64,000 bases of DNA, from the NCBI RefSeq assembly GCF_009914755.1, contig NC_060926.1; one strand, written 5' to 3'. Below are positions 29,201 through 45,286 of the stretch, in pieces. This stretch comes from the human T2T-CHM13v2.0 reference genome, Homo sapiens. Each line of letters starts with the position of its first letter. Positions within the stretch are counted from its first letter, which is position 1. The notes under the pieces are model-generated. The model saw nothing but the letters and a program-made list of their open reading frames with translations. It had not been told where the DNA came from and did no database searches. The translations under genes were made by a program, and so were the position numbers.

Positions 29201-30555
29201 CTGCAGCGAATGGGCGAGCTCTTTGAATGTGTGCTGTTCACTGCTAGCCTCGCCAAGGTGAGCCCCACAGGGGTCCCGGGGCAACCCTGCCCTCCTACCT
29301 ACCTCCCGCATGCAGCCCAGTGAACCTGCGGGCCCCAGGATGACCCACCTCCTGCTCCCAGTACGCAGACCCAGTAGCTGACCTGCTGGACAAATGGGGG
29401 GCCTTCCGGGCCCGGCTGTTTCGAGAGTCCTGCGTCTTCCACCGGGGGAACTACGTGAAGGACCTGAGCCGGTTGGGTCGAGACCTGCGGCGGGTGCTCA
29501 TCCTGGACAATTCACCTGCCTCCTATGTCTTCCATCCAGACAATGCTGTGAGTGCGGGCTGGACTGGGACTGGGACAGGAGCTGAGACCCAGGAAGGGGT
29601 CAGTCCATTCAGGCCACCTTGGCCTCTTGGATCCCCAGTTGGGGGGTGGGTGCCCTCCCAGTCCTTCCTGCATTCATTGCCTGTGCCTGCCGCCCACTCC
29701 CCTCATCCACCTGCCCTGTAGCCATATGGTCTTTTCCCCTCGCACAAAGCAGAGCATCTGCCATGCACAGGGGCCCCCACAGGGCAACGGAGTTTGGAAA
29801 GTTTCAATTTTTCGAATTGCCAGTTGTGACCTACTGATGGCCCACAGAATTAATTTAGTGGGTTCTGATTGGGAATTTTAACAAAATGAAATAGAATAGA
29901 AAATATCCGGTCGGGTGCAGTGGCTCATGCCTGTAATCCCAGCACTTTGGGAAGCTGAGGTGGGCAGGTAGCTGAGCCCAGTAGTTCAAGACCAGCCTCG
30001 GCAACATAGTGAAACCTTATGTCTACAAAAAATACAAAAACTAGCCAGGCGTGGTGGCGCATGCCTGGAGTCCCGGCTATGCAGAAGGCTGAGGTAGGAG
30101 TATCGCTTGAGCCCTGGAGGCAGAGGCTGTGGTGAGCCAAGATTGTGCCACTGCACTCTAGCCTGGGCAACAGAGCAAGACCCTGCCTCAAAAAAAAAAA
30201 AAAGTATCCAAGTGCTTCGCACAGATAAGGTTAGGAATTGTGAAGCTTTTGCATTGTTACGTTATAAATGTGTTTTCCTGGGGATTGCTGTCAAAAAAGT
30301 TTGAACACTGTGGGTGAGGGGTTTTCAGAAACTGCATGATCTGAGTAGTGGCTACATAGGGCTGGCCTGGAAATTCTGCACCCAGGACCACCTGCCCCCC
30401 TCATCTTCCTACACCCACTTCCCCAGGTACCGGTGGCCTCGTGGTTTGACAACATGAGTGACACAGAGCTCCACGACCTCCTCCCCTTCTTCGAGCAACT
30501 CAGCCGTGTGGACGACGTGTACTCAGTGCTCAGGCAGCCACGGCCAGGGAGCTAG
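26220..30555 (+). CDS. CTDSP1: CTDSP1 (SCP1/NLI-IF) RNA Pol II CTD small phosphatase 1, 7 exons, 261 aa
   Basis: Exons sum to 786 nt: [14 protein letters not shown]...LFCCVC...DLDETLVHS (HAD DxDxT)...LRQPRPGS*. Confidence 0.99.
27694..27842 (+). CDS. CTDSP1: CTDSP1 exon 2
   Basis: [49 protein letters not shown]; includes Cys cluster (palmitoylation motif). Confidence 0.97.
28241..28345 (+). CDS. CTDSP1: CTDSP1 exon 3 (NAGNAG acceptor, alternative start 28244)
   Basis: tacag|CAG|ACC; [35 protein letters not shown]. Confidence 0.97.
28479..28535 (+). CDS. CTDSP1: CTDSP1 exon 4
   Basis: [19 protein letters not shown]. Confidence 0.97.
28776..28852 (+). ncRNA. MIR26B: miR-26b hairpin in CTDSP1 intron 4 (5p 28787-28807, 3p 28822-28843)
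   Basis: TTCAAGTAATTCAGGATAGGT is mature miR-26b-5p and pairs with CCTGTTCTCCATTACTTGGCTC; apical UGUG at 28808-28811 and downstream CNNC at 28860-28863. Confidence 0.98.
29165..29257 (+). CDS. CTDSP1: CTDSP1 exon 5
   Basis: [31 protein letters not shown]. Confidence 0.97.
29362..29547 (+). CDS. CTDSP1: CTDSP1 exon 6
   Basis: [62 protein letters not shown]. Confidence 0.97.
29909..30203 (+). mobile_element. Alu in CTDSP1 intron 6
   Basis: Full Alu dimer with A-tail. Confidence 0.9.
30427..30555 (+). CDS. CTDSP1: CTDSP1 exon 7 coding part to TAG (followed by TGA)
   Basis: [42 protein letters not shown]. Confidence 0.97.
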   Translation, partial: VPVASWFDNMSDTELHDLLPFFEQLSRVDDVYSVLRQPRPGS

Positions 30556-32070
30556 TGAGGGTGATGGGGCCAGGACCTGCCCCTGACCAATGATACCCAC
30601 ACCTCCTCCCAGGAAGACTGCCCAGGCCTTTGTTAGGAAAACCCATGGGCCGCCGCCACACTCAGTGCCATGGGGAAGCGGGCGTCTCCCCCACCAGCCC
30701 CACCAGGCGGTGTAGGGGCAGCAGGCTGCACTGAGGACCGTGAGCTCCAGGCCCCGTGTCAGTGCCTTCAAACCTCCTCCCCTATTCTCAGGGGACCTGG
30801 GGGGCCCTGCCTGCTGCTCCCTTTTTCTGTCTCTGTCCATGCTGCCATGTTTCTCTGCTGCCAAATTGGGCCCCTTGGCCCCTTCCGGTTCTGCTTCCTG
30901 GGGGCAGGGTTCCTGCCTTGGACCCCCAGTCTGGGAACGGTGGACATCAAGTGCCTTGCATAGAGCCCCCTCTTCCCCGCCCAGCTTTCCCAGGGGCACA
31001 GCTCTAGGCTGGGAGGGGAGAACCAGCCCCTCCCCCTGCCCCACCTCCTCCCTTGGGACTGAGAGGGCCCCTACCAACCTTTGCCTCTGCCTTGGAGGGA
31101 GGGGAGGTCTGTTACCACTGGGGAAGGCAGCAGGAGTCTGTCCTTCAGGCCCCACAGTGCAGCTTCTCCAGGGCCGACAGCTGAGGGCTGCTCCCTGCAT
31201 CATCCAAGCAATGACCTCAGACTTCTGCCTTAACCAGCCCCGGGGCTTGGCTCCCCCAGCTCTGAGCGTGGGGGCATAGGCAGGACCCCCCTTGTGGTGC
31301 CATATAAATATGTACATGTGTATATAGATTTTTAGGGGAAGGAGAGAGGGAAGGGTCAGGGTAGAGACACCCCTCCCTTGCCCCTTTCCTGGGCCCAGAA
31401 GTTGGGGGGAGGGAGGGAAAGGATTTTTACATTTTTTAAACTGCTATTTTCTGAATGGAACAAGCTGGGCCAAGGGGCCCAGGCCCTGTCCTCTGTCCCT
31501 CACACCCCTTTGCTCCGTTCATTCATTCAAAAAAACATTTCTTGAGCACCTTCTGTGCCCAGCATATGCTAGGCCCACCAGCTAAGTGTGTGTGGGGGGT
31601 CTCTACGCCAGCTCATCAGTGCCTCCTTGCCCATCCTTCACCGGTGCCTTTGGGGGATCTGTAGGAGGTGGGACCTTCTGTGGGGTTTGGGGATCTCCAG
31701 GAAGCCCGACCAAGCTGTCCCCTTCCCCTGTGCCAACCCATCTCCTACAGCCCCCTGCCTGATCCCCTGCTGGCTGGGGGCAGCTCCCAGGATATCCTGC
31801 CTTCCAACTGTTTCTGAAGCCCCTCCTCCTAACATGGCGATTCCGGAGGTCAAGGCCTTGGGCTCTCCCCAGGGTCTAACGGTTAAGGGGACCCACATAC
31901 CAGTGCCAAGGGGGATGTCAAGTGGTGATGTCGTTGTGCTCCCCTCCCCCAGAGCGGGTGGGCGGGGGGTGAATATGGTTGGCCTGCATCAGGTGGCCTT
32001 CCCATTTAAGTGCCTTCTCTGTGACTGAGAGCCCTAGTGTGATGAGAACTAAAGAGAAAGCCAGACCCCT
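30556..32070 (+). promoter_or_regulatory. CTDSP1: CTDSP1 3'UTR with multiple miR-124 seed sites and a Pumilio element
   Basis: GTGCCTT at 30762, 30951, 31644 and 32010; TGCCTTA at 31226; TGTATATA at 31319-31326. SCP1 is an established miR-124 target. Confidence 0.85.
32048..32053 (+). terminator. CTDSP1: Probable variant poly(A) signal ACTAAA of CTDSP1
   Basis: No AATAAA seen in the UTR; ACTAAA is followed ~25-35 nt later by GT-rich 'ttctgtggttatt'. Confidence 0.55.
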
Positions 32071-32399
32071 ATCCTGCTTCTGTGGTTATTGCGGGGGACT
32101 TCAGCAAGTGGGGTGTGTGCCTTGCACCTGCGGCTGCCGTGGGCCCCCCCCCCGCTTCAGCACACCTAGAGGGCTGTTGGTGGAGGGAGGGGCTGCCCGG
32201 CCCTCGACACTTCAGGTGGGAAGGGCAGCGTCAGAGCACAAATTTGAGCCTCCAGGCTGTGCTCGTCTACGTCTTCCCGCCTCGGGTATGTGGTCTGCAA
32301 AATGGAGATGTGCCCTATTGGCAGGACTAATTAAGTGCCTGGACACAGACGACAGGATACTAGTAGCTGGAAAGCAAAATTCGAAGGCCTGGGTAGGGG

Positions 32400-32900
32400 C
32401 AGTCCTGGAATGCGGCGGGGGAGGGGGCGTGGCCTCTGCCCTGGAGCAGAGGGGCGGGGCTTGTGCGGCTCCGAAGGCAGAGGCGGGGAGCGGGGCGAGG
32501 CTCTGGGTGGAGGCTCCAGCGGCAGAACTTGTTGGCCTGGGTGCGGCGGGCTCCGGCGCCTGGCTCTGCCGGGCGGCCTGGGTGGGGCCGGCGCCGGGGC
32601 TCGGCCCCCCCCGCCCCTCTGCGGCCTCTGAGCAGCCATTGGCCGCGCCCCCGCCCCACTTCCCGCCCCGCCCCGCGTCCGGGAGGCACTTCCTTTGCGA
32701 AACCGCGCGGCCCCAGGCGCCGGCAGGAAATGCCCTCCCGCCGTCCCCAGCCAGCCTTTGCTTGCTTCCCACGCCAGCCGCTAGAGGCCTCCCTGTCCTC
32801 GCGGACGCAGGAACTCCCCGGGGGCTGGAAAGATGGGGCCCACCTCACTCACCCCTTTCCCGGGGGTCGGGCGTTTCTGGAGCCCCCACCGCACACACCC
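32400..32900. promoter_or_regulatory. Orphan CpG island with promoter-like motifs downstream of CTDSP1
   Basis: Multiple GGGGCGGGG/CCGCCCC boxes, ATTGG at 32638-32642, TTCCCGCC, CACTTCC and CAGGAAAT motifs. Confidence 0.75.
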
Positions 32901-35084
32901 AGGGAAGAAGGGGGAAATGCCTCTCAGGTGTTGGTGCCTGCGCCCCAGCTCCACCTCCCCATCGTGTCTGCTCAACACCTTACCTCCTGAATCCAGCCCC
33001 CAGGCGGCCTCTTGGTGCCCCAGACGCTGATCGGTCCCCAAGTCTGTGTGAGGGGGAGTCAGCGCTGTGTGAAGCCGCCCTTTGTCCTCCTTCCACTACT
33101 TTTCTCTGGTAAAAAAGATTCAAGAAGCACCCTGGAAAAACCTGCAGTTACCCTAGTCTCAGTTTTGGCCTGGGCTGGACCACAAGAGCCCTTGGCTATA
33201 TAAATTCACAGTCCTCTCCGGTCTCTGCCCTCATCCTCGGGTCCTGCTCTTATTTCCTGCTCTCCATGCAAACACTGATCCTCCCAGATGTGCATCGCAG
33301 AGGCCAGATAAACACGCAAAGGAGCTCCAGACTTTGAGACCACAGTGAGGCTTCCCCACCACCACCACCTACACACCCTGTACCCACATGAAGTTCAAGT
33401 CAACCACATGTATCGGGTGCGTACTGTGTGCCAGGCACCGTGCCAGGACCAGGCTGTGCCTCTGCTCTCAGGGAACTCACATCCTAGGGTGGAGAGAAAG
33501 AAACGTGAACAGATGGTCACTGCAATTCTGCAAATGCAGCACGGGAGAACCATGGAAGGCGGGTGAGGACAGGGGACACCTAGCCCTACTTGGGCAGCCC
33601 TGGAGGATTGGAAAACACTCCCTGCAGTAGCGAGGCTCAGAGGAGTTTGGAAATGAGGAAATGAGGCCGCAGAATGCAGGAGGGGGTAGATTATGCATAT
33701 CTATGGCCAGACCAAGGGAGTGGCCTTTCTTTTTTTCTTTTTTTTCTTTTCTTTTTTTTTTTTTTTTTTTTTTTGAGACGAGGTCTCTGTCTCCCAGGCT
33801 AATGTGCAAAGGCATGATCATGGCTCACTGCAGCCTCAACCTCCTGGGCTCAGGCCATCCTCCCGCTTCAGCCTGTAGGAGTATTTGGGACTACAGGCAT
33901 GCACCACCACGCCTGGCTAATTTTTAAATTTTTTTTTGTGGAGATGGGTTCTTACTATGTTGTCCAGGCTGGTCTGGAACTTCTAGGCTCAAGCGATCCT
34001 CCCACCTCAGCCTCTGAAAGTCCTGGGATTGCAGGTGTGAGCCACCGCGCCTGGCTGGGAGTAGCCTTTTTCTTGCAGGCAGAGGGTGCCTTTGAGGAAC
34101 CCTGAGCAGGAGTGAGCTGTGCTGAAACCTGGCAGCTGCACGTTGGAAGCTAAATTAGGCGTACAAGGATACAAGACCCTATTGGGAGACCACAGGCGTG
34201 GTCCCAAACATGGAGGATGAAGACCTGAACTTAGGCAGAATAAAGAGGAAAGGAAGGGGCCGGGTGCAGTGGCTCACACCTGTAATCCCAGCACTTTGGG
34301 AGGCCGAGGCGGGCAGATTGCCTGAGCTCGGGAGTTCAAAACCAGCCTGGGCAAAATGGCGAAACCCCATCTCTACTACAAATTCAAAAAAAAAAAAAAA
34401 ATTAGCCTGCCGTGGTGGCAGGCGCCTGTAATTCCAGCTACTCAGGAGGCTGAGGCAGGAGAACCACTTGAACCCGGGAGGCAGAGCTTGCAGTGAGCCG
34501 AGATCACACCACTGTACTCCAGCCTGGGCGACAGAGCAAGACTGTCTCAAAAAAGAGGAAAGGAAGGAGGGATGGATGTGACATAGGAGATAAACTTGGC
34601 AGGAAGAGGTGGCTAGCTGGCCCTGGGGGCAGGAGTGGAGGAGTTGGAGGAAGGTGATGTCTTCTGGCTTTGGAGATGTCAGATGTGAAAATGTCTCTAC
34701 TAGAGCCTGGTGTGGGGCAGAGATTCCCTGTTTGCTTGTAACACACACACACACACACACAATCACTCCAGAGGATGTAGGGAAACAGGCCTGTAAACTG
34801 GTGCAACCTCCTTGGAAAGTGATTTGAGAATATCCATATGTATATAAAAATTTTTTTTTTTTTTGAGACAGAGTCTCGCTCTGTTGCCCAGGCTGGAGAG
34901 CAGTGACCTTCGTTTACTGCAACCTCCACCACATGGGTTCAAGCGATTCTCCTGCCTCAGCCTCCTGAGTAGCTGGGACTACAGGTGTCTACCATCACAC
35001 CCGGCTAATTTTTTGTATTTTTAGTAGAGACAGGGTTTCACCATGTTGGCCAGGCTGGTCTCAAACTCAAACCTGACCTTCTGA

Positions 35085-35327
<243 letters not shown>

Positions 35328-35718
35328 TAGCTGGGACTACAGGCACCCACCATCACGCCCAGCTAATTTTTTGTATTTTTAGTAGAGATGGGGTTTCACC
35401 ATGTTAACCAAGATAGTCTCGATCTCCTGACCTCGTGATCCACCTGCCTCAGCCTCCCAAAGTGCTGGGATTACAGGCATGCGCCACTGGCCCATTGTAT
35501 CATTTTTTAAAATTTGTTTTATTTAAAAAAAAATAGGTCCAGGTACGGTGGCACATGCCTGTAATCCCACCACTTTGGGAGGCCGAGGCAGGTGGAACAC
35601 CTGAAGTCAGGAGTTCAAGACCAGCCTGACTAATATGGTGAAACCCTGTCTCTACTAAATACAAAAAAAAAAAATTAGCTGAGTGTGGTGGCGCATTCCT
35701 GTAATCCCAGCTACTTCA

Positions 35719-35901
<183 letters not shown>

Positions 35902-36354
35902 TCAAGTGATCCACCCACCTCAGCCTCCTAAAGTGCAATGATTACAGTCTTGAGCCACTGCACTCAGCCCATTGTATCATTTGTAATAGCAAAACACTTA
36001 AAATAATCTAAGTGTCCACCAATAAAGAACTGGTTAAATACATTTTGTTATTGAATACCATGTAGTCGTGAAAACTATGAGGAGGAACTATACAAGCTGA
36101 TATAGAATGATCTCCAAGAGATACTGTTAAATGAAACAAGGCAAGATTCATAACAATGATGGTGTACTCCTATTAAGGCAAAATATAAAAATAGACGCAA
36201 ATATAAATATATACTTTCACTTACTCTGAGAAGATAATTGTGGCTAATCTTGGGGAGTGAGGCTGGGGGAGTGAGATTCATCTAATGTATAAGAGACACA
36301 TGTTATTACATATCTGTTTGTAATTTGAATTATTTTACCAGGTACATTTACTAA

Positions 36355-36854
<500 letters not shown>

Positions 36855-37322
36855 TAAATAAAAAATAAAAATAAAAAGAGTTCAAATTTAAAACACACTC
36901 ACTCAGCTTCCTAAATATAATAGCCAAGATAGAAATAATAAATTCCGTCAGGCATGGTGGCTCACCCCTGTAATCCCAGCACTTTGGGAGGCCGAGGCAG
37001 GCAGATCACTTGAGGTCGGGAATTTGAGACCAGCCTGGCCAACATGGTGATACCCCGTCTCTACTAAAAATAACAAACATTAGCTGGGCGTTGTGGCACA
37101 CGTCTGTAATCCCAGCTACTTAGGAACTGAGGCAAGAGAACCACTTGAACCCGGGCGGCGGAAGTTGCAGTGACCCGACATCGCGCCATTGCACTCCAAC
37201 CTGAGTGACAGAGTGAGACCCTGTCTAAAAAAAAAAAAAAAAGAAATCATAAGTTCCATTTCCATTTCTTTCCTTTAAATATTCATTGCATGCCTACTAT
37301 GCACCAGGTTCCTGGGTGTAGC

Positions 37323-37368
37323 AGGGAGTAAAACACTGGGGTGAGACAGAGGGAGTAAAACACTGGGG
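37323..37368. repeat. Short direct repeat agggagtaaaacactgggg x2 (period 27)
   Basis: Copies start at 37323 and 37350. Confidence 0.85.
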
Positions 37369-37537
37369 GAGGGAGGGGTAATAGACATAAAAAGTAAGCC
37401 AGGTGCGGTGGCTCATGCCTGTAATCCCAGCACTTTGGGAGGCCCAGGTGGGCAGATTGCTTAAGCCCAGGAGTTCCATTCCAGCCTGGGCAACATGGCA
37501 AAACCCCATCTCTACAAAAAGTACAAAAAATTAGCTA

Positions 37538-37708
<171 letters not shown>

Positions 37709-38899
37709 TCACTGTAAGATGAAGGAAAAGTTATTTAAAAATGAGTATTATAAAAGAAGTAGAAAGTGGTAAGTAAAAAATCAAAAACTTGTGCTGCCAA
37801 ATTGTCACCCCAAGATGACTTCTTGTTTTTCTTTTCTCTTTTCTTTTCTTTTTCTTTTTTCTTTTTCTTTTTCTTTTTTTTTTTTTGAGACAGGGTCTCG
37901 TTCTTTTGCCCAGTCTGGAGTGCAGTGGTGCAGTCTCGGCTTATTGCAACTTCCACCTCCCGGGTTCAAGCAATTTTCCTGGCCTCAGCCTCCCGAATAG
38001 CTGGGACTACAGGCACCTGCCACCACCCAGGCTAATTTTTGTATTTTTAGTAGAGACAGGGTTTCACCATGTTGGCCAGGCTAGTCTTGAACTCCTGGCC
38101 TCAAGTGATCCACCTGCCTTGGCATCCCAAAGTGCTGGGATTACAGGCATAAGCCACTGTGCCCAGCCTTGTGTTTTTTTGTTTTTGTTTTTGAGATGGA
38201 GTCTCGCTCTGTTGCCCAGGCTGGAGTGCAGTGGTACAATCTCGGCTCGCTGCAACTTCCGTCTCCCAGGTTCAACTGATTCTCGTGCCTCAGACTCCTG
38301 AGTAGCTGGGACTACAGGTGCGCCCCACCATGCCTGGCTAATTTTTGTATTTTTAGTAGAGATGGGGTTTCACCGTGTTGGCCAGGCTGCTCTCGAACTC
38401 CTGACTTCAAGTGATCTGCCCACCTCGGCCTCTCAAAGTTCTGGGATTACAGGTGTGAACCACCGCACTCGGCCCCAAGATGACTTCTAATTGTAAAGGG
38501 GGAGCTGTGCCTTTCCAATACAGAAGGGTATCTGTGGACATGGGTAGTTCACCAATCTAAAACAACAACAAACATAAGGGTATCTGCCTGGCACTGCTGT
38601 AACCAAGGGATCCACCTTTGCAACACTCATGCAGGGATGACTTGATATTATATATTCCTTCTGATGCCATGCAAAGTCAATACCTTTGAGCATGCTACTG
38701 AAAGAATGGTTCAACTGGGAAAATCACCTGGAAAGGCAAAATCACCTGGGAACTTGCTACTAATGCAGAATCTCAGCTCCCCTCCCCACCAGTTCTATTG
38801 AACCAGAATAGGTACTTTACAAAGATTTCTAGGTGATTCTTAACAACATTACAGTTTGAGAAGCACTGTTCTATGAAGTATTCTTGAAAAAAGAGTTTA

Positions 38900-39199
<300 letters not shown>

Positions 39200-39381
39200 T
39201 TAACCAGGACCTACTAGTTGCACTTTCAGTTTGTGGGAAGTGCAGAAGGAAATGTAACAAATTAGATAATACCGTAAGGAAAGGCTCAGTTCCACAATGT
39301 GAACATTCTACAGGGCAACTGTCTTTGACTCAGGTAAGTCAATGTCATGGGGGGGAAATGTGAAAGAACTCTTCGAGATTA

Positions 39382-40421
<1,040 letters not shown>

Positions 40422-40723
40422 TTAAGTCCATGTACTGTTATTTTCACTTTTCTATGTGTTTGACATTTATCATAACAAAGACATTGGAAACAATTTTTAA
40501 GAACATGTTCACCGAAAGATTCTCCCGGCTCAATTAAAAGGCAAGCAAGAAACTAGAGACAAGTATCACATAAATGGTAGGCAAATTACCAGCCTTAAGA
40601 CATTAACTATATAAACAATCCCAACAAATTAATTAAAAACTCACAAGGGGAGACATAGCCAATAAATATAGTTTAAAATGGTCTGTCTCACTGATAATAA
40701 AAAAACATAAATCAACACAATGA

Positions 40724-41155
<432 letters not shown>

Positions 41156-41919
41156 TGACCTCATGATCTGCCTGCCTCGGCCTCCCAAAGTGCTGGGATT
41201 ACAGGCATGAGCCACCACGCCCGGCCTTACTTTTTTGAATCTATCCCAAAGAGATAGTGAATGTAATCTAATGGCAAATATTTAGCAATAAGAATATTTG
41301 CCACAACATTCTTTGTAGTATCAAATAATTGGATATAATTTGGAAGTCCAATAATGAGGTATTGGTTACATAAACTGTACTGTCTAATGAATTACTATAA
41401 AACAACTGAAAATGAAGTTGCTGGGTGCGGTGGCTCACACCTGTAATCCCAGCACTTTGGGAGGCCAAAGCAGGTGGATTGCTTGGGCCCAGGAGTTTGA
41501 GAGCAGCCTGGGCGACATAGTGGAAACTCTGTCTCTACCAAACAACAACAACAACAAAAATTAGCCAGATGTGGTGACGTGTGCCTGTGGTTCCAGCTAC
41601 TTCTGAGGTGGGAGGATCATTGAGTCCAGGGAGGTCGAGGTTGCAGTGAGCCATAATCACACCAGTGTGCACTCCAGGCTGGGTGCCACAGCAAGACCCT
41701 GTCTCAAAAAAAAAAAAAAAAGAAATTGCAAAATAAGATATATCATATGACAGTTAAAAATATATGCACATAGGCCAGGCATGGTAGCTCACACCTATAA
41801 TCCCAGCATTTTGGGAGGCTGAGTCAGGCAGATCACCTGAGGTCAGGGGTTCGAGAACAGCCTGGCCAACATGGTGAAACCCCGTCTCTACTAAAGATAC
41901 AAAAATTAGTCGGGCATCA

Positions 41920-42098
<179 letters not shown>

Positions 42099-42255
42099 GA
42101 ACATGCAGACAGACAGGTATCTACCTGTACTGGACAATGACTTGAAAGAAATATTCCAAAACAATTCAGTGACAGTGATTTATCTGGAGAATATCTCTAT
42201 ATTGAAAATATAGGTGAGTTTTTACCTTCCTTTTTCTTGTCCTTGTAATCGAGTG

Positions 42256-42257
<2 letters not shown>

Positions 42258-42333
<76 letters not shown>
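42258..42333. repeat. Compound microsatellite (TC)n(TA)n
   Basis: Seen directly. Confidence 0.95.
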
Positions 42334-42334
<1 letters not shown>

Positions 42335-42379
42335 TCCTTTTTATTCACAAGAAAGTGTTATTTTTTTCATAACCTGTGA

Positions 42380-42610
<231 letters not shown>

Positions 42611-42702
42611 TAGCAACTCCAGTGTTTACTCCTCTTTCCAGACAACACATGAGCGTGTGCACACACATATAGTGCACACATGCCCACATGTGCGCAAACA
42701 CA

Positions 42703-43737
<1,035 letters not shown>

Positions 43738-43969
43738 TACATTTGGTCTCCAGAACTCTTGGGAGGCTGTGATGAGAAGGACGTACTGCCCTCACCCAGC
43801 CCACTTCACGTCACCCTCCTAAGGACCAGGCTTCACAGGTGATAGGAGAATTTCTGCAGTCTGGGAGGCAGCTGCCCAAGGTGCTGAGTTTGCGTGTGAA
43901 GCTGGTTTCTCAGCGAGATCCACGCTGGAGTTGGCTGCACAACTTTCCTGCCTGAGTGAGATGGATCCC

Positions 43970-44065
43970 CTAGGGTCAGGGGTCAGACATGGAAACCTTG
44001 GCTTCTGGGAGAGGGTAGCAGAACAGAGTTCAAAGGCACTGGTTTATGGCATCTCATAAAAACTC
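43970..44065. promoter_or_regulatory. VIL1: Candidate VIL1 upstream intestinal enhancer (DR1, HNF4/TCF-like, paired CDX sites)
   Basis: GGGTCAgGGGTCA 43973-43985; AGTTCAAAGGCA 44027-44038; TTTATGG 44043-44049 and CATAAAA 44055-44061. Confidence 0.6.
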
Positions 44066-44071
44066 CAGGTG

Positions 44072-45078
<1,007 letters not shown>

Positions 45079-45159
45079 TCATTGTCAGGCTGTGGAGGGC
45101 TCTGGGCTCCCAGGGACCTGGCAGCACCTGCCTCCCCACCCCCTCACCTCTCTGGGGCC

Positions 45160-45242
45160 CTATCTTCCCTTATATGGTGAAGGCAGTTCCTAGAGGAGGG
45201 GGGGTGGGGACAAAGGTCGCTCTTCTGCAGCCAGCTTGCCAC
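45160..45242 (+). promoter_or_regulatory. VIL1: VIL1 core promoter: CArG box CCTTATATGG (45168-45177) with adjacent ETS core, G-rich KLF/Sp tract, HNF4-type DR1 GGGACAAAGGTCG (45207-45219)
   Basis: Motifs read directly upstream of the non-coding exon; SRF/Elk-1 regulation of villin has been reported. Confidence 0.75.
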
Positions 45243-45286
45243 AATTCCCTGAGATCTCCCAGGTGGCAGCTGCCTCCCCAAGACAG
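45243..45286 (+). other. VIL1: VIL1 non-coding exon 1 (start approximate)
   Basis: Ends in consensus donor CAG|gtaagg directly downstream of promoter motifs; matches my recollection of the villin mRNA 5' end. Confidence 0.75.

Noticed and set aside
30553-30558. Stop-codon readthrough of CTDSP1
   Set aside because: TAG is immediately followed by in-frame TGA, so no extension is possible.
30523-31317. 264-aa antisense ORF over the CTDSP1 3'UTR
   Set aside because: GC-rich and low complexity with no homology I recognise; would need Ribo-seq or PhyloCSF support.
32117-32123. Additional GTGCCTT miR-124 seed match
   Set aside because: Lies downstream of the probable ACTAAA poly(A) signal, so likely outside the mature mRNA.
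31979-33112. Longest ORF in the track (377 aa, + strand)
   Set aside because: Starts at TTG, is Gly/Ala/Pro/Arg-rich with no recognisable domain, and spans a CpG island where stops are rare by composition.
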